This document shows positions 29,399 through 32,537 of a stretch of DNA of 32,537 nt, piece after piece. Under the pieces are notes generated by a model. The model saw only the letters and a list, made by a program, of their open reading frames with translations. It was not told the DNA's origin and did not search any database. The position numbers were made by a program, and so were the translations under genes. The DNA lies in sequence record SRR31156797_33060; one strand, 5' to 3'. Numbering within the stretch: position 1 is the stretch's first letter; each line of letters begins with the position of its first letter.

Positions 29399-29788
29399 AT
29401 GGTAGCTGCGTTGGCTAGACCAGGACGAGAGCTTGCAAAGCAATTGTTAATGATTCAGTCTGGCGCGGTTATGGTTGTGGCAGCAGGGATGGCGATTGCC
29501 GTAAATGCTGAATGGGGATTTTCAGCGCTGGTTGGTGGAGGCATTTGTGTCTTGGCCAATGCGGTTTTTGCGCTGTGTGCTTTCATGTTTAGTGGTGCGC
29601 GAGCCGCAAAGCGAATCGCAGTCTCTTTCTATACAGGTGAAGCACTTAAGATTCTCATTACAGTCGCTTTATTCTCTGTCGCTTACATGTATATGCAGGT
29701 GGAACTTGTTCCCCTGAAACTAACCTATTTGCTGGCTCTAGGTATTAATATCTGTGCGCCAGTGCTATTCATTAACAACAAAAAATAG
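29399..29788 (+). CDS. atpI: ATP synthase protein I
   Basis: Hydrophobic 129 aa with SALVGG and FYTGEALK, first in the atp operon; GAGG RBS. Confidence 0.9.
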   Translation: MVAALARPGRELAKQLLMIQSGAVMVVAAGMAIAVNAEWGFSALVGGGICVLANAVFALCAFMFSGARAAKRIAVSFYTGEALKILITVALFSVAYMYMQVELVPLKLTYLLALGINICAPVLFINNKK

Positions 29789-29793
29789 GATGA

Positions 29794-30609
<816 letters not shown>

Positions 30610-30650
30610 TATATAGCTTTTATTTGGGCACATTTAGCCAACAACTATAA

Positions 30651-30917
<267 letters not shown>

Positions 30918-30992
30918 TCACGTTTTGCCAGAGGCAAGCCTTTACTGGTTTGCCATTGATTAATACTAAGTCCATATAGAGGGGTAGCTGTT

Positions 30993-31463
30993 GTGAATAT
31001 GAACGCAACTCTGCTAGGTCAAGCACTGTCTTTCGCACTATTTGTGTGGTTCTGCATGAAGTATGTATGGCCGCCAATTATGCAAGCGATTGAAGAGCGT
31101 CAGAAGAAAATTGCTGATGGTCTACAAGCCGCTGAGCGTGCAAAAAAAGACTTAGATCTAGCACAAGCCAACGCTTCAGATTCAATGAAAGAAGCGAAGC
31201 GCACAGCAACAGAGGTCATCGAGCAAGCGAACAAACGCAAAGCTCAAATTCTAGATGAAGCTCGCGAGGAAGCTCAGGCAGAACGCCAGAAAATCCTTGC
31301 TCAAGCTGAAGCTGAAGTTGAAGCTGAACGTAATCGTGCCCGCGATGAGCTGCGCAAACAAGTTGCAACTCTGGCAATTGCTGGTGCTGAGAAAATCATT
31401 GAGCGTTCAATCGATAAAGATACGCACAAAGATATTCTCGACAACATTACTGCAAAACTTTAA
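30993..31463 (+). CDS. atpF: ATP synthase F0 subunit b
   Basis: GTG start; [31 protein letters not shown], then coiled coil. Confidence 0.98.
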   Translation: MNMNATLLGQALSFALFVWFCMKYVWPPIMQAIEERQKKIADGLQAAERAKKDLDLAQANASDSMKEAKRTATEVIEQANKRKAQILDEAREEAQAERQKILAQAEAEVEAERNRARDELRKQVATLAIAGAEKIIERSIDKDTHKDILDNITAKL

Positions 31464-31477
31464 GTCTGGGGGCGCGA

Positions 31478-32011
31478 ATGTCTGATTTGACTACTATTGC
31501 TCGCCCCTACGCTAAAGCAGCTTTTGACTTTGCGGTAGAAAAGCAACAACTGACTCAATGGAGTGAGATGTTAGCTTTCGCTGCCGAAGTTACAAATAAC
31601 GAGCAAATTAATGAGCTATTAACTGGCTCTGCTTCTGCTGAAAAACTTGCAGAAATTTTTATCGCAATTTGTGGCGAACAGTTTGATGAATTTGGTCAGA
31701 ACCTACTTAAGGTGATGGCTGAAAATGGCCGTTTACAGGCCCTTCCTGATGTTTTTGAGCAATTTGTTGCTCTTAAGAAAGAGTTCGAGAAAAACGCTGA
31801 TGTTGAAGTGATTTCAGCAACAGAACTTTCTGAACAGCAACTTTCAGATATCAGTAGCAAACTGGAGCAGCGTCTAGAACGTAAAGTTCAGCTGAATTGC
31901 AGTGTAGATGAGACCTTACTTGGTGGGGTCATAATTCGAGCCGGAGATCTTGTCATCGATAACTCAGCGCGTGGTCGTTTGAACCGCCTGAGCGATGCCT
32001 TGCAATCTTGA
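31478..32011 (+). CDS. atpH: ATP synthase F1 subunit delta
   Basis: [37 protein letters not shown]. Confidence 0.98.
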   Translation: MSDLTTIARPYAKAAFDFAVEKQQLTQWSEMLAFAAEVTNNEQINELLTGSASAEKLAEIFIAICGEQFDEFGQNLLKVMAENGRLQALPDVFEQFVALKKEFEKNADVEVISATELSEQQLSDISSKLEQRLERKVQLNCSVDETLLGGVIIRAGDLVIDNSARGRLNRLSDALQS

Positions 32012-32024
32012 TGGGGATTGGAGC

Positions 32025-32537
32025 ATGCAACTTAATTCCACGGAAATTAGCGATCTAATTAAACAGCGTATTGAATCTTTCAACGTTGTTAGTGAAGCTC
32101 GCAATGAAGGTACTATCGTGTCGGTAAGCGATGGTATTATCCGTATTCATGGCCTTGCAGATGTAATGCAGGGTGAAATGATTGAATTACCGGGTGGCCG
32201 TTACGCGCTAGCACTTAACCTTGAGCGTGACTCAGTAGGTGCGGTTGTAATGGGCCCGTATGCCGACCTTAAGGAAGGCATGAAAGTTACAGGTACTGGT
32301 CGTATTCTTGAAGTACCAGTTGGTCCTGAACTACTAGGTCGCGTAGTGAATACACTAGGTGAGCCTATCGATGGTAAAGGTCCTATCGAAGCTAAACTAA
32401 CTTCACCTGTAGAAGTGATTGCACCAGGCGTAATCGACCGTAAATCGGTAGATCAACCTGTGCAAACTGGTTATAAGTCAGTTGACTCAATGATCCCAAT
32501 CGGTCGTGGTCAGCGTGAGCTTATCATCGGTGACCGT
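32025..32537 (+). CDS. atpA: ATP synthase F1 subunit alpha (5' part, runs off the window)
   Basis: Hand translation from ATG 32025: [44 protein letters not shown]...[14 protein letters not shown]. Confidence 0.97.
   Translation, partial: MQLNSTEISDLIKQRIESFNVVSEARNEGTIVSVSDGIIRIHGLADVMQGEMIELPGGRYALALNLERDSVGAVVMGPYADLKEGMKVTGTGRILEVPVGPELLGRVVNTLGEPIDGKGPIEAKLTSPVEVIAPGVIDRKSVDQPVQTGYKSVDSMIPIGRGQRELIIGDR

Overview
Core housekeeping region around the chromosome I replication origin (oriC1) of a Vibrionaceae bacterium, most likely Vibrio. The assignment rests on gene order: an amino-acid ABC operon between dnaA and rpmH, mnmE-mioC-oriC-mnmG-rsmG-parAB-atpIBEFHA, and glyQS-avtA-ibpA next to gyrB. 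Left to right: acuI/yhdH, a LysR regulator, two small two-helix membrane ORFs flanking tusA, a UPF0016 (MneA-like) Mn exporter under a clear yybP-ykoY riboswitch, glyQS, avtA, ibpA (sigma32 promoter and ROSE-like thermometer), an apparently accessory FadD-like acyl-CoA ligase, gyrB-recF-dnaN-dnaA, a polar amino-acid ABC transporter, rpmH (missed by the ORF track)-rnpA-yidD-yidC-mnmE-mioC, an E. coli-type oriC, mnmG-rsmG-parA-parB and the start of the atp operon. I found no mobile element, CRISPR array, rRNA, tRNA or defence system, and I cannot support a wholly new multi-gene system. The best leads are non-coding or small: a resolvable riboswitch expression platform, a near-consensus LuxR/HapR box plus an ArcA-like box upstream of the FadD-like gene, a parS-like site inside recF, a non-consensus R4 DnaA box in oriC, a terminator flanked by DnaA boxes between mioC and oriC, a tandem LysR operator upstream of acuI, a candidate 3'UTR sRNA, and a possible distant paralog pair of small membrane proteins. 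All calls were made by eye; no searches were run.
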